From the NCBI RefSeq assembly GCF_964355755.1, contig NC_092676.1, positions 15,890,871-15,954,870 of the forward strand: a DNA stretch of 64,000 nt, written 5' to 3'. Below, piece after piece: positions 1 through 14,764 of the stretch. Under the pieces are notes generated by a model. That model made no database searches. It was not told the DNA's origin and was given only the letters and a program-made list of their open reading frames with translations. Position 1 is the first letter of the stretch. Every line of letters starts with the position of its first letter. This DNA is from Antedon mediterranea (taxonomy: Eukaryota; Animalia; Echinodermata). Position numbers and translations under genes: made by a program.

Positions 1-1529
1 TATAAAAATTAAGCCTAACGGATGTTGTGATGTTATCATATGGCCAGTTGAAGTTAAAACGTTGTTTTTAAATTTCTTTAGTCAAAGTTATACAAATTTC
101 AAAGAGCGCGCATTGAGCTTCTACGTGTCAAATTATCTTCCAATCCTTATATTTATTTGCTCAATTCATTATCTTTCAAAATTGTCATCTTTGAGTTTAT
201 TTTGATAATTCCATTATACCAAAAAATTAGAACATGATGTGTGTCCCGTAATTTCACCTATGCTACACTGTATATAGATATACAGTATATACTGTACATA
301 TTGTATATGACACATAATAGGAACAACTCAGCACTGTAAGCGTATAACAGGATGGTATACATCAACATTTTCCTATTGCATGTTAACGTACGTGCATGTT
401 TAAAAAATATTAATGTAAGTAAAGCGATAAAAATGATCACCTATAATTCGTCAAAGTGACGAATTAAATTCTAGTTTTCTTTAGCGCTATCTGTTAAAAT
501 AATATATATCATCAATAGAGGAAGTTAAATTTTGAGTTCAAGAAAACTTATCCACAGCAAAAAGTAAAAAAAAAAAGGAAAAAATTAATTTAAACAAAAA
601 ATATTTACTTTTCACACTAAACTGAACATACTGTATAATTATAAGTCTCATTCAACAAATTGAATGTCACAAAGTCTTTAGAATTGCTCAGAAGATTAAC
701 ATCATTATCTATTATGTTCATTAATAATTAATGATGGATCAATGCGCAGTAGGCCTATATGTAGCCCAATTAGTCTGCAGCCATTATGTAGGTAATCATT
801 CTCAACAAATAAACCTGTCTTGAATACAAATGATCAAATATTGAATATTGCTATTACAGTAAAGTACGTCAGAGATGACATCACACAGTACATTGGCAGA
901 AATGGTATATCATATAAGGTCATGGTTTTATAGTCAACCACTCAAGTGCAAAATGTTGTCCCGCGCAAAAGAAAGTTCATGTTTAATCTTCGTTCATCTT
1001 TATGGATGATAAAAAATGAAAACATGCCGATATTTAATTTTTTCTGTATTTCACAAAACATAACTTTCAATAATGTACAGTATAAGGGTTGACCTAACAT
1101 GGTCTATGAATAATTAGGCTGCGACATACTGATACATGTTAACCTTAGGTTGATGTAACATGTTTGTGTATGCCCTAAACAAACATAATTTGAAGTTTGC
1201 ATCTTATAACAATGGAGTCTAATGTTGTTATGGAGCAAAGGTTAAACATTAAACACAGTTTTTGTTTATTGAAAAACAAAAATAACCTACAAACACTACT
1301 GTAAAATTGTTAGAATTAAGCCTACAGTAGCATTATCAGCAAGGAAATATCTCCATAATTTAATTAACAGTAGACCTACACATTTGTCTTCTCACTTTTT
1401 GACATCCCTTTAAATAGTAATTTGTAATTTACTTGAAATATTGGGATCCATCATTAAAACTTGATATTTAAGTGATCATGCTTCAGTATATAAAAACATT
1501 AAGTCCCTTATCCATTTCTGAATATTAGG

Positions 1530-1695
1530 AGCTCATTTTACTGAGCCTCAACATTATGTGTTGGGAGGCCAGCTTCTTTTCACGCTGCCTTCCTAGTATT
1601 ATCAACTAGATACTCATTTACAGCTAAGTAGACTGGGAGGTTGTCGGGAATTGAACGTGGGTCTTTCTGTATGTCCTAACCACTCGGCTACCCCA
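1530..1695 (-). mobile_element. degenerate tRNA-derived SINE
   Basis: Minus strand reads ggtagccgagtggttagg...gttcaattcccg (A/B-box-like) followed by ccagtctacttagctgtaaatgagtatc, a SINE central-domain-like segment; boundaries approximate. Confidence 0.55.
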
Positions 1696-1909
1696 AGTCA
1701 GCTTCGTCACCGCCAATTGTGATTTTAATCAAATAAACAGTAAACCTTTGTAAGAATCTGGAATCTTATTGACTGGTCTGTAGGGCTCATATCATAAGTG
1801 AACATTTAATGTGTTTGTTGATTTTTCTAATGTTGTTTATTTTCTATTAGTTATACAGTATATTAAACATATTTGGATATAATAAATTAATGCAATAACT
1901 ATTTCTCAC

Positions 1910-2038
1910 CTGTGATTTGCATAAATAGTATTCATTGTCATTGAGGTAGAGATCATCACTTGGAAAGCGCTCCTGAATCTGCAACAATTTTGTTTCATTT
2001 GAAGCCAACTTATCATCTTCTTCTCTATCTTTAACCAT
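1910..2038 (-). CDS. RhoGEF-like gene, exon after the DH C-terminus (MVKDREEDDKLASNETKLLQIQERFPSDDLYLNDNEYYLCKSQ)
   Basis: ttgtttcag acceptor, cag|gtgaga donor, 129 bp, phase 0/0; joins in frame to exon 4166-4276 and resembles the DH alpha6/DH-PH linker. Confidence 0.8.
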
Positions 2039-3214
2039 CTGAAACAACAATCAGAGATTGCCATAATTAGCTAATACCTTAGCCTAGTCTAACAGATCCA
2101 AATTGGTCTGCTTACACTATATTTCACGAGTTCAAATGCACCTGATTGGCAGAATTTCTGTAAAAATAGCAAATAAGGAGATGAAGGCTTCCACGCCAGT
2201 ATGGTTGTAAATAAAACATGTTATAACAGAAATATCAAAAAATTACTGAGGAAATAATATGTACAGTGCTTTAGAGGCATCCCATTAATAAATCCAGGAT
2301 ATTATTATTATTATCTCACACTTCAACACAAATAATTTGTTACTAATTAAAGTATGTGCTAACAATAACCTTATTGGGTGTTATTTTTAAAAAGAATAAT
2401 TGTTGAATTGTAAATCTAATAATCTAGACTGTAAGTAACTGAATCCTAGTTTGTCATCATTTATTACAAAGATGACATTCAAAATGTATCATGTGACAAT
2501 ATTATATCTCAATAATTACAATTTATTTGATTATCATCATTAGTTTGTTACTAAGTATCATATCAGTAAGACTGCAGATATAGGTAATGCCACAAACTAT
2601 TATTATTATATAATTATAAATTGAAAACAGATACAATGTGCATTGAAATCTGAACTTTTTTCTCTCATTGACATTCTTATGTTATGGATGTAAAGGATTA
2701 GGGCAAATTATTTCCACCCAATATTTGAAAAAACTAACTCTTGTTTTTACCCTAGGCCATTACTGTAAGTCTGTACATTTGACATGATTTGGACACAATA
2801 TAATATTTTAAAAGCATTAGTTTTTCAAAGCTAGTTTCAGTTTACAAAATGATGACATATGGGCTAGAAAAACTTTACAAGTAACAAGCCTAGGGTTAAC
2901 TAATAAATCAAATATTATAACTAAACTGTACTTTACAGTATACTGAGTATACTTTACACAACCAAGAAACAGGACAAGTAATTATAAATTGGACTTGACT
3001 TGTCATTGTATCAAAAAATGATTTACAATATAAAATAAATGATGTAATTGTAATTGCTAAAAAACTAAATTTGATGATGATATTTTTAGATATTGTAAGC
3101 TCATAAACCATTTAATTATATTCAATTGAATTTACACTAATGAAGGTTGGATAATCCTAATGCCAACACCTGTATTGTATCAATTGTTAGACTTCATTGA
3201 CTTTTAATATGTAT

Positions 3215-3269
3215 TACTTACGTAACTTAGCATTTGCTACAGTAGAGCAAATGCTAAGTTACGTAAGTA
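3215..3269. repeat. perfect 24-bp inverted repeat with 7-nt loop
   Basis: tacttacgtaacttagcatttgct / agcaaatgctaagttacgtaagta. Confidence 0.9.
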
Positions 3270-3629
3270 CAGTGATTATTTAATTTTCAGCAGGGATCAA
3301 ACGATTAGCGATATTTATGTATGTTTGTTTGACCTATAATAATTGAATTTAGCGTAATGATAAATAACTTATAAAAGGAATAATGATGTTCAAAACTAAC
3401 TGTATAAAATAGGATAATGATGAATATTAATGAAAGATAGATAAATGTGCACAGTCAACCAAGATGAAACATTTACAGAATTAAGTCAAAAAGACAAGAA
3501 AACTTTTTCTTCAAGAATTTTTGTCTGTACTACAAAATAATATCAACGTTATAACCAGTAGAGTACTGTACATTTTAAGCATAAAACAAAAAGTGTAGGA
3601 TATCTCGCAAACACTATATTTGATTGTAG

Positions 3630-3849
3630 AAACTCTTGCCACATTGCTTGTATCCTTAGGCAAGATTACTCTTCACCCAGGTGTATAAATGGGATCCCGG
3701 TTAGATCAAGACACAACTTTGCGCTGACTACTAGCTGCATTATGGGAGTACAGTACATGTTCCAAAAGAATGACTGGGGTAATAATGCTCAGCGCTTAGA
3801 GGTTTCACAACATTAAGTGCTATATAAATCCAGGATATATTATTATTAG
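3630..3849 (+). mobile_element. SINE body with L2-like 3' tail
   Basis: cacccaggtgtataaatggga core, then gcgcttagag...aagtgctatataaat...(tta)n tail; a similar tail fragment lies at ~2265-2312. Confidence 0.6.
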
Positions 3850-3889
3850 GTACAATTAATAGTTACACATGTACTGTAGGAAGATAGAG

Positions 3890-4034
3890 AACATGTCGAT
3901 TTAAGAGGAGCGAATTCGGCAAATCTATTTAAACGTCAACTTAAAACTTTTCTATTAAATTAATTACTAAGTATTGTTAGGCGCTCTGTTTTTTGTAGGG
4001 CGCCATATAAAAACCTGTATAGAATAGAATAGAA
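3890..4034 (+). mobile_element. LINE (L2-like) 3' end fragment
   Basis: tttaaacgtcaacttaaaacttttctatt (FKRQLKTFL) followed by ggcgc...ggcgccatataaa and a (tagaa)n tail. Confidence 0.55.
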
Positions 4035-4165
4035 CCAAATTCCGAGATTGAAGAACAAACCTTACTATACTAGTATTTATTCAACGTGAAAAGCTTTAAA
4101 CAATATTGTATTCAATGATATATGATTGCATTTTTAAAGAAAAACAAACAAATGGAAAGACTTAC

Positions 4166-4276
4166 ATTTGAAACATAACTGCTATCTTTTTCTAAATCAA
4201 CATAATCATTGCGTGAATGTGGCAAACTATCTTTAAGTTGGCGAAGATGTCTGTCATATTGAGGTATTCTTTGAAC
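4166..4276 (-). CDS. RhoGEF-like gene, DH-domain C-terminal exon (VQRIPQYDRHLRQLKDSLPHSRNDYVDLEKDSSYVSN)
   Basis: tttttag acceptor, aat|gtaagt donor, 111 bp, phase 0/0; VQRIPxY..L..L....P....DY..L matches the conserved CR3 region of Dbl-homology domains. Confidence 0.85.
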
Positions 4277-5957
4277 CTAAAAAAGAACATAATTATTCTG
4301 TTATTATAAGCAGAGAAATTGAACAAATATTTTAAATAGGAAACTATTAACATGACTGTGAAGGGATTACAGTAAAACCACTAAAAACAAACATTACATA
4401 ATCAAACAATCAGGGAATGATGACAAGGTACACAGATTAAAATGAAATCTTGTTTAAACATGTGGTGGTTAACTATTGCACAAGCTACAGTAAATAAACA
4501 ATGTACAGTAGGGCTACTTTTATTTTGAAAAATTGTGCACAGGTTATTAAATTCAGAATTAGTTTATTACTGTATATTGAAGGTAGAGAAAGCTTGCTTC
4601 CAATCCATGATGTTTGTAATATCTTCTGATACACGTTAACGGTTTTTTTACAATAAAACAAGTACTGACAATGTACAGAAGTATCACTGAATATTTTTTC
4701 TCCTGATACTGATCAAACAAAGATGGAAAGGCTAATTTGCTTGCATGCATAACTTTGATTTGTTGAAAGTTGAAATTCAGAAATAATATAAAAGCTAGAC
4801 AGTTGAGGGAGTGGAAGAGAAGCTCCATTACCTTAGCCGCCTTAAGCATGGTGGGGCTATGTAAGATGCAGGCAGCTATAGCAATCACCTACAAGTTGTT
4901 AAAATGCTTCATTCCCAATCTATGGATGATATGTTGGTCTATAACTACACTCCTACAGTATTATAAAAGGACACTGTACTCTGACTGCTATGGTTCTGTG
5001 ACCTAATCTGAATGTTCTCCAGTTTTAACTTAATGTTACTGTATATTCATAAAAAAAAAGTAATTTAAAATCTGAGGGGTTTGGGTAACTATGTTGTGGG
5101 ATTGGTTCAGAGGTTTTTATTTATGAAAAGTTGGTGACATTTCCATTTGATCTGAAAGACACAAAGTTGTTATGTACTGTATGTAGGTCACACCTGTGCA
5201 CAATTCAGTCCAGTAAGGTAATATATTTACAATGTAGCAACTACAAAAGGAATAAAAAACAAAATTGGATTGTCTGCTAATGCACCCATAAAGGTATCCT
5301 GTTGTTTTAAACTAGCATAGTTTTATTTTTTTCATGTTCTATTCTATGAAATCATAAGAACAATCTAGACGGCACTAATGTATGTCATGTTACGTTTAAA
5401 TACGGAGATACAAAACTAATGGTGTGCGGTAGTTAAATACTTTTACGAGGAACTCCCTACAGGGTTATTACCGATTTCTTTCTGTCATCATATGTAGGAG
5501 AAAAACCAAGGAAAATATCAAACAACATTTTCTATTTATATTGATTGTAAAATATGATATTGTTATTCACAGCTGGTATTAAAAAGTATTTACAGATATG
5601 TTGATATATTGGAGACTTTAAGAATTCTCTATTTTGAATATAAAGACTTAGTCAAAGCATTATTATGTGATGTTAGGTCATGTTAAAGTGCCCTACTTTT
5701 TATGTTGTTAATTTTACTACTTTACATATGACAAAGCACATGGCTGATACTAGAGTGTTGCGATTCAATTAGGAGCATAAAACAACACTCTTGGGAGTGG
5801 TCACAGCTGAGCAGGTACAGTCTACCTGCAAAACTTAAACTACATGCCAGTGAATGTGAATTAATGCCATGGTACATACTGTATACGTAGTAGATCATAC
5901 CATTTCATTATATAGTGTTTCTAATCTGAGGTATCCACAAATCCACTCATATAGAAC

Positions 5958-6142
5958 CAGTGGCCTAAGGGCTGAGCGTTTACTGGCTAAACCCAGGGGC
6001 CCCAGAGCTTATGGGAGAGCCTAAACAGTGCCCAGAGGAAAAACAAGCATTAAAATATGTTGAAAAGGGCTAATAACACCCGAGGCCTCCAGCATTTGAG
6101 GTGCTTAAACCAGGGGCCTCGGGCCTCTACGTTAAGCCACTG
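5958..6142. mobile_element. hAT-type MITE
   Basis: Termini cagtggc...gccactg with 8-bp TSD tatagaac/tatggaac (7/8 match). Confidence 0.75.
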
Positions 6143-6663
6143 TATGGAACCTTTTCTATGAAACATTGTCAATTCACTCTGGCATTATAATATCTGTTCC
6201 AGTCCTAATAATAATACTACTGTATAACTAAACTCCAAAAAAAGTAGCTGATAATCGCCGACCACCACTCATGACATGCTGGTGACATCCCTGCATCGGG
6301 TAGCAGTGTTGGAATTGTGAACTACTCTCTAAAATCTAAAGTTCAGACAGAAATTATACGTTTAATTTAACAAATATTGAATCTTCCCCATGTACTACAG
6401 TACCGTAACTACATGTTTTACCTTTACCACCAAAGAGATTACATCTCTTTTTAATGGCAATGCCATGACCCAATTATAAGAAAATTTGCAATTACAATAG
6501 ACTACAACTTCCTTTAGTTCTTAAAAGAACCCTAACAAACCCTGCAAAAAGACATTAACTGTATTAACGACTACCATAACTTAGTTATATAATCTTTGTA
6601 TATTTACCAACGTACTATTTTTAGTACTGAATTGTGGTAATTGAGAGTAAACATTAGCCTCAC

Positions 6664-6837
6664 CTCCATTGTTGGGGTACCTGGAAAGTACATTGGTCTT
6701 GTTATCATCTTAACAGGAGAGTACATGATCAACCTACTACTAGATGTATCCACATCTTGATAGAGAAACCTTGGTCTCTGAGTATAATCCACATGTTCAG
6801 GCCTACGGTGTTTTTTAATCCCATAGTCTTCATCCAT
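6664..6837 (-). CDS. candidate alternative first coding exon of the RhoGEF-like gene (MDEDYG...PTME, 58 aa)
   Basis: aaaATGG start, open frame, gag|gtgagg donor in phase 0, compatible with exon 4166-4276. Confidence 0.6.
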
Positions 6838-7640
6838 TTTGACGCACCATGTAAAAGGGGTAAACTAAGGGGTACTGATTATAATACAGAGGTCATCTGA
6901 TGAACATCCTACTCCATAAACGACAAGATAAGGACATCTATTCATATGTAAATCAGACCCTCTCAGTACTGTACACTGCAATGGGCTAAAAGCCAAGAAC
7001 ACCTTTTCGTATGCTAATACGATTTTCAATGCCTATCGTAAATCCATAGGATCTTAAAATGTGAAGTGGCATTAAATATTCTGTAGGCAAACAGGAGTAC
7101 ACACAGCCACTGTATAATATTCCACAACTAGAAATTGCAAGAATCTATATATGACTTGATCAAAAGAACTACTGTATTTGTTTTTTTCCCCTCAATATTA
7201 CAGCAATTGTGTTGTGATTAGCCAAGCATATGATTTGATGTCTTTTTCTTATTGATTACATGAAAATAGAAACAGCTTGTATTGATTGCTTTAAGAAAGA
7301 CAACAAAAGGCCGCCGCAGATGGCCATTGACAGTGTCAACCAATTACATTAATAAAAAGCTAATAAATACACCATACTACAGTCATTTTCAATGTACTTT
7401 CTAAATAGATTTTATAAAATAAATAGTTATTTTTAATAGCCTCTACTATATACTTTTAATTATTGTCTTGTCTTGACAATAATGTCAAGGTACTGTACTG
7501 TTTTACTGTATTCCTTTTTTTAATTAAAATGTAGAGATAGCATTACCTGACTGTACTGTACCTGTATTTGATGGAAACATATTTATATAAAAGTATAACA
7601 TAAATAGAGTAGAACCCCACTTTTGGGACACATCTATTAA

Positions 7641-7824
7641 AGCTTGGTTCCCACTAGAACATAACGCAAGGACGTAAACGCAACGCAAGCGTTTTAACCA
7701 ATGACAAGCGAAGTTATAGACAGTTAGCAATCACAAGCGAATACGGTAAGCGACCGCTTGTGATTGGTCAATTCACTTGCGTTGCGTTACGTCCTTGCGT
7801 TGCGTCGCTAGTGGGAACCACGCT
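7641..7824. mobile_element. PIF/Harbinger-type MITE
   Basis: Long imperfect TIRs agcttggttcccactag...ctagtgggaaccacgct flanked by TAA/TAA. Confidence 0.85.
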
Positions 7825-10800
7825 TAAGGGGGCACTTTCTATGAAATAAGCAATAGGACAATCATCATGGCCAAATCCCTATTGAGGAAACAAAGTATCT
7901 GAAATAGACAAATTGTCATATTTCATGCCATGTCATTCAATTTACTGTATGAACAATTAAATCAATTCAAACATATGAATTTCCAAAGAATGAATTTTAA
8001 ATTAAAATATGTGACACGTTAATGACGTAAAGCAATGATACAGTGTGGAATTGAGTTGCTAGGAAATGTATTCATGAACACATGTCCAACTCTACAGTGA
8101 GATGACATCCGGATAAATCATTCAAAAACATTATAAGCCTAGGCATAGTAACCAAGCATCTACTAATATGCCAATGTTTGTTAATACGAACACACCTGGC
8201 TTATTTTAATATGCAAGGTGCTGTATATAAAATTAAGTGTAAAGTATTACAAAAGAGGCTGCTTAAACTATTTTAAACAAAAGGACGAACCAGGAAAGAG
8301 TGTAATTTCAATCCTGAAAGAACAATCTACAGTAACTACAAACTCTTCTAAAAATTCAAATTGGATTAGCTAATTTAAAGTAACTTCAACTGGGTACTTC
8401 TAACTGGGCGCTTTTCCTGTTAAACCTGCATTATTGATATCAAATGATTATAAATGTTAATAATCTACACACAAAACATAATAGAAACTTTGCTGGAGTT
8501 TCTGTGAAGAAACAATACTATTTACTAATGTCAAAACATCCTTGTTGTAGAATAATAGTGCAACTATATAATAAGCTTTGATCAGATTCAGGGTTTTTGT
8601 TAAATTTGTGCTCTAAATTAACTTTTAAATCAGTGGAAATTCGTAGAATTGTTAGCATTACACAAAATGCAATGGGTTCTGGTGATCAATCCAAATGTTA
8701 CTGCAACGGTTGTCAATCAAATAATCATTATTTTGCTTTGAAGCTAGAATTTGCACAGCAATAATTGGTTAAATGCATTCTAACATCGAATCAATTGGGC
8801 GTTTTTAACCATTATTTTTAGGCTGCTATTTACAGTAACCGGTTAAAGAAAATCTGTCCCGTTTCTGCTGCCAAGAAATTGGGGTTAATTAATTCACACG
8901 GTTAATAACCAGTTATTTTTTTAATGCAGCAACAGGACCTCAAACATTTGATTTCAGAGTCCAAAATTCTTTTTTAAAATTCAAAGTTTTTCAGGAAAGC
9001 AAGAAATTTGTTTTGAGATAGGTGACCGAAATAATAGCTGAACTTGACCCGAATGGTACAAACTATGAAGAATGAAGTATTGCTTTTACCCTAGAAATAT
9101 GATAACAAATCTAGCTATAAACAGCTGTATTGGAAAGAAGTAGATGTGACAAGCTTAAACAAATCAATTCAATCAGATAATATATTCCAAAATGAAGAAT
9201 TGTAAGTACTCTCTTGACAGCAGAAAAAGAATGCAAATACTAGAGTACATACAGGAAACTCAGAAAGATAAGAAAAATAAATTACTTGAACATAAAATAA
9301 ATATAATTTCTTAAAGGTATAGCAAATTCCTACGCGGGTCTTTATTTTAAAATTTTAAATACTGCACGTCAAACACAAGGTACCAAATTTCAATTTAAAA
9401 TGTTTTTTTTTTAATAAGAAATGTAATACTGTATGTTCTTTCATTCAAATGGTTTTTGAAGCCTTAATTAAAAAAAGCAATTATAATAAACCAGATTTGT
9501 ATGCATATTTTCTTGACTAATTTTCCTGCTCTGTTAGTTGGCAAAGATTTAAGGTAATTACAATACAGATTAAAAAATGGCTTTTTAATAATTTAGAAAA
9601 ATATCAAACTTTCAAATCAGGCATACAGAAAGTATCAATTTATCTTGAATACTAAACAGTAATTGGCTCCATCTTAATATCTGAATTATAGACATAAAGA
9701 TATGAGCATTTACTATCAACTGTGTATAGTGTAACACCTTATTGACACAGATCAGCAGATTCTGTATTGAATGTATTTATGCAGGAAAGATGAGCAGGTA
9801 CTTATCCTCCCACACATAAAGATAATCTGTATTGTGTCCACAAACATTATTGACTTTGCTTATTGTCCACTTATGGATAGTTTTTGCTTTGCAGAACCAC
9901 ACATCACCACTGAATGTAGTTATATGTAAAGTTGCAGTATTCTCGTAAATTACTGCATACACATTTAAATTGCAAACATTTCAAATAACCAATTTAATGG
10001 CATTCTCAAAATACTGTTCCTGTTAACAACCAAATGATTACATGTTGGTACGCCATTTAAATGGTAATGGTGTGCAACTTATGTACTACTGTAGTATATA
10101 ATCAAAGAGTTGTAAAATATTTTACAACTCCCGGATATAATACTGTAGATAATAGCTGTAGCGTTAATGTACAACCTTTTCACGAACCTGCGAGCAATGA
10201 TTTTTGGGTATCTATTATTATGTTTTAGTCAGCCACCTGCTAAATTAGACGTTTTTTGGGGTGCACAAATTCAGCAGAAATGTGATCTATGGATAACAAT
10301 TTGTTAATTTTCAGCTTAACATAATACTATAGGAGAAGAAACAGGCTCATATACTATTAGTGTTGAACATTTGGTGTATAAAGTAGTACAAAATGACTTG
10401 CAGTTCCTTAGCTTGGACACAATTATTCTAATCTTAACTAGGCAATTCTCCACTGTCAATGGTAATATTCTCGTTTGAATTTATCTGTCAGTATTGTCAT
10501 TAATCTTGATCTGGATCAAAATCCCAATAACTATCCCATTTATGCATTATTTCAGGAGTAGATTAAAGAAACGGCTTTAGAGTTATGCAAGGCGCTGACG
10601 TCAAGCTGAACAGTAATAGAACCAACACATCAAGTTGATTTTCGATAAATTAGACAAAATAGTCGTAACCAAAATGTATAAATAACTTTTTTTGTCTTAT
10701 ATTGTCTATCAACCATTGGGCAAAAGTTTTGAATTTTAATACCAGTTACTATATGAGTATATAATGACTGTACATATAATTCATCATCCTTTGGATTTAT

Positions 10801-11540
10801 GATATTACCTATGACTACAACCTATTTAAAATTTTGTTGTTAGGTCGTAGCTTAACCTACTGTAGAATCTAAAACTATGTTGCGGCATCTTGTCACAATA
10901 GCGCGCTTTCGCTTGTGATGACAAACAATGTGTACCACAATGTGTTTTTTCTCGTATTCTAAAAGATTCAAAGTTGCATAGAAAATGGACAGAACTTTTG
11001 TATATTTAATCTCATGTATACTTTTACGTGTGTTAACTAGTATCAGTATAGCCATAATAATGTGTTGTTTTTGTAAACTTTATGTGTTTCATATGGACAG
11101 TTTGTCTGAAATAAATTTGAATTGAATTGAATTGAATGAACCACCAAATTTGGTGCAAAGTGAATAAAAATGACATAGTTTGGTTGTTGTAAATCAAAAT
11201 CTCCATATTATACCTGTATATAATATATAATATGGACAATGAATTAACATGATGTCACTATAGATTCTAGATGCTAAGTTATCGCAAATAGGCTATCCAT
11301 AATATTACATGAGGCTACTATAGGCCTAGCTACTGTATATTATTCATTGAGAATTTAAAGACATACAGTACAGAACACAAAGTTTTCATTATTGATACTG
11401 ATTAATCAACTGATAACAGTATATGTGTAACTATTCGAACAGAACCTGTACTGTACCTATGAACAAAAAGCTACCTATATTATTTATTGCAATGATTTTC
11501 TTATTTCCTGCCTCATCTCATAAGGAAATAAACTGCTTAC

Positions 11541-11624
11541 CATATCTGAAGGAGTGGTATCAATAGATGATAATGAAATACTCTTCCTGCTCTTATATTT
11601 AAGTAAAACAACTCCAGATTCCAT
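11541..11624 (-). CDS. candidate alternative first coding exon (MESGVVLLKYKSRKSISLSSIDTTPSDM)
   Basis: aaaATGG start, 28 codons, atg|gtaagc donor in phase 0. Confidence 0.6.
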
Positions 11625-13837
11625 TTTCTCTTTGAAGTATTATTCACAAACACACATAAAGTAAACTTGTTCTTCTTCAATACAGTTAACAGCAAACTCA
11701 GTTGTCTTTTTGATGAAATGTTACCAATTAAACACTGGTTTCTTGCAAGTATCAATACAGTGAACAACCAATTCAGTCATCATTATAAATAGTTTGATCA
11801 TAAGGTTACCTCTTATCAGAAGATAAGACATACAACTCATGCTGAATGTACAACAACTCCTAAACATCTGCTTGAGCTATTGATTCAGTTGCTTATTTCC
11901 GAAGTAGAACAACATGAAAAGAATGGCAGAGTTTGATACCTAAAATTGATGGGGCTACTGTCAAGTATGCTTGTATGAGTGTCGCTATCTACCATCTGAC
12001 CAGCTTAAGAAAACAAACACTCAATCAACACTCTGATAGTGGCTAAGCCTTGCATATGAAAACAATAAACTGAAAATAGGTAAACAATTTTAAACCATAA
12101 AGATAGTATCTTATATGAGTGTGTTTCTATATAGTATTGAAAAGTTACAATAAATTGTCACTTTTGCTTTAGGATTATATTACTGTACATATCATAAACT
12201 ACTATGGGACACAACTTCCAAAAACCCCCTGTTTGTAGGGCTAATATTTTGAGTGGCAATAGTAGTACAGTACATGGTAAGCAGATAACCTGGTAACCAA
12301 AAATAACTATATTGATGTCATCATGTACAGTATTGAAAATAATGTTGATAAAACTTTTCCTGAAAATGTTTATGGTTGCTGTGTAGGGTTATTGTGACTG
12401 AGTAGCAGGATGGATTGTTTTATTGCCATAAAAATATATATACAGTGTGATGTAATCTAAATTACATAATCTGTACCAACAACAAAAAATTACAAATTAT
12501 GTTGATGAACATTGAAATAATAAATTTATTATTAAAGTATTTTGAAAACAAATGTTCAATAAAAATATATTTATTAGCATTAGCAAGAATAAAGTAATCG
12601 TTCTTGAGATATTATAATTTTTAATTAATACAGTAGTCGATTAAACCAGGGAGTTGTCAACTCCCTGGTTAAACAATGAAAATTAAGGTTTGCCTATGGC
12701 CGTGACTTTTCAGGTCAGTAAACAGAATGGTAAACATTTAGTACTTCCTATATCCACACCTTAGGAACTAAAACTATTGAAGCAAAGATAATAGAATGCA
12801 AACTGAACTTTAAAGCCAATGTACTCCCTATCATTAATAACAACAAAACTTAAATGAATAAAGAACCACAAAATAAACACCAGCAACAAATCCTTGATTA
12901 ACAACTTCCTCTCAAAGTCACACTTATAGAACAAAAGTTTAGTCAATATTGAATTCATTGTGGTTAAGGTGCCGAATATAAAAATAATGTCATTTAGGTT
13001 CAAAATATCCCTGTATATAGTAATGATGCTCTATATTATGAACCTAGTATGTTACTGTTCTTCTATGATAAATTAAGTGAGTGCTTGATATGTTGGGAGG
13101 GGAGAGGGAGTGAGGTTGGCAGACTAAACAATTTAACCTCATTTTATATACACAGTATTTGTTATCGTTTTGCCTGATTCCTGGATCTGCTTATGATTAA
13201 TACTGTAACTTGTAAGTGTTTGATAAAATGTATAAATCTTAAATGATTTTTATAAATAAACGTGAATTTTTGTTTATTTCAACTGAAGAATTTAATGTTC
13301 TATGATCGTGTAATTTAGGCCTGGTGGGTGTTTTCTTTGTTCACCTGTTATTATTTGTTACCCTTCTTTATAGACCCTTTTTTAGCGACACCCCTTTTAT
13401 ATTGTCAATGTTCTTCTTTTGTTTTTATACTGCTTTGAAATTGTTCTTGTAAGCTTTACTCTACTCTTCTGGAGTTCATTAACCCAGTCAGGTAAAATCC
13501 CCTTAATGAGCAACTTTGACCAAGGTAAACCACATTAATTGTTCTATCTGAGGATTAAAAGGGTCAATATTGGCAGGGCATGGATGTTTGTAACAAGAGA
13601 TTCAATTAAAGATTTTTGGATTAAGGACAATTTTATAATCTATGTTCAAATAAAGAATATAATAACATTTAATTTTCATTCTTCCAACAATTTAAACATT
13701 AACAATAGTTGTGTTGAAGTATATTTTACTGTTTTTCAATATCTAAAAACATATTTTGTATAAAATAATAAGTAAACAACCATACTATTGTATACCCAAA
13801 GTATGCCATTTATATTTAACATATACCTGTACACATA

Positions 13838-14560
13838 TACTCTAGTAGCTAGATCAACTTTCGTATGCACTTTGAGGTCCAGAGAATTTGACTTCAGAAA
13901 TTGGTTTAGGGTGGTCAAACAATCATTTTTGGCTTGGTTACACATTTTGAAAATGTGGCGAAAGGTCAAAAGGTCAGGGTCAAAGGTTATAGATCAAACA
14001 CCATTATGTCCTTAAATCTCGACAACCACTGGTCACAGCGAGGTAATTTTGGTCTCAAATTGATCAGAAGGTATACATTCATATTCAGTCTAATGAAACA
14101 TTTTAGTCGAAAATGACCGGAAATGCCATTTCTGACCTTTGACCCATAAACCAGGGCATGTCTGTATCTCCGTAACTATTGGCCGTAGAGACTTGAATTT
14201 GGGCTCAAATTGTTCGAAATATACATTTAGTTATTTGTTACACATTTTGAACAATGTTACAAAAGGTCAAGGCCAGGGTTTATATGAATAAACACAAATA
14301 GGTATTTGTATCTCGGCAACCACTTGTCACAGCGAGTAAATTTTGATCTCAAAATGTTCAGACATTTTAGTAAAAAATGACCGGAAATGACATTTCTGAC
14401 CTTTGACATACATACCAGGGCATCTTCTTATCTCTGTAAGTACAGGTTGTAGAAACTTAAATTTAGTATCAAATTGTTAGAAATACACATATTTACATTC
14501 ATTCTAACAGAAAATTTGGATAAAAGATGATCATAAATACTATTAATTACTAATCTTTTA
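13838..14560 (+). mobile_element. non-autonomous interspersed repeat (Helentron/HINE-like), copy 1
   Basis: Begins tactctagtagctagatcaactttcgtatgcactttgagg; internal duplicated subunits with gacctttgac; homologous to 16020-16785 (inverted) and 61804-62138; class is inference. Confidence 0.75.
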
Positions 14561-14764
14561 AATGAAAAACATATCTACCCAACTTATCATTAGACAGTAA
14601 TGTTATGCAATAATTGATGCCTAATGATTTCATTATACTGTAGGAATTAAAACAAATCCTTTACTGTTTGTAATAATTGTAGGCCTACTTTTGCTTATAA
14701 TAATGCTAGAAATTATTGTTTACCCCCGAACATTTTGAGAATGCTAGAAGTAATTTACTGTAGT

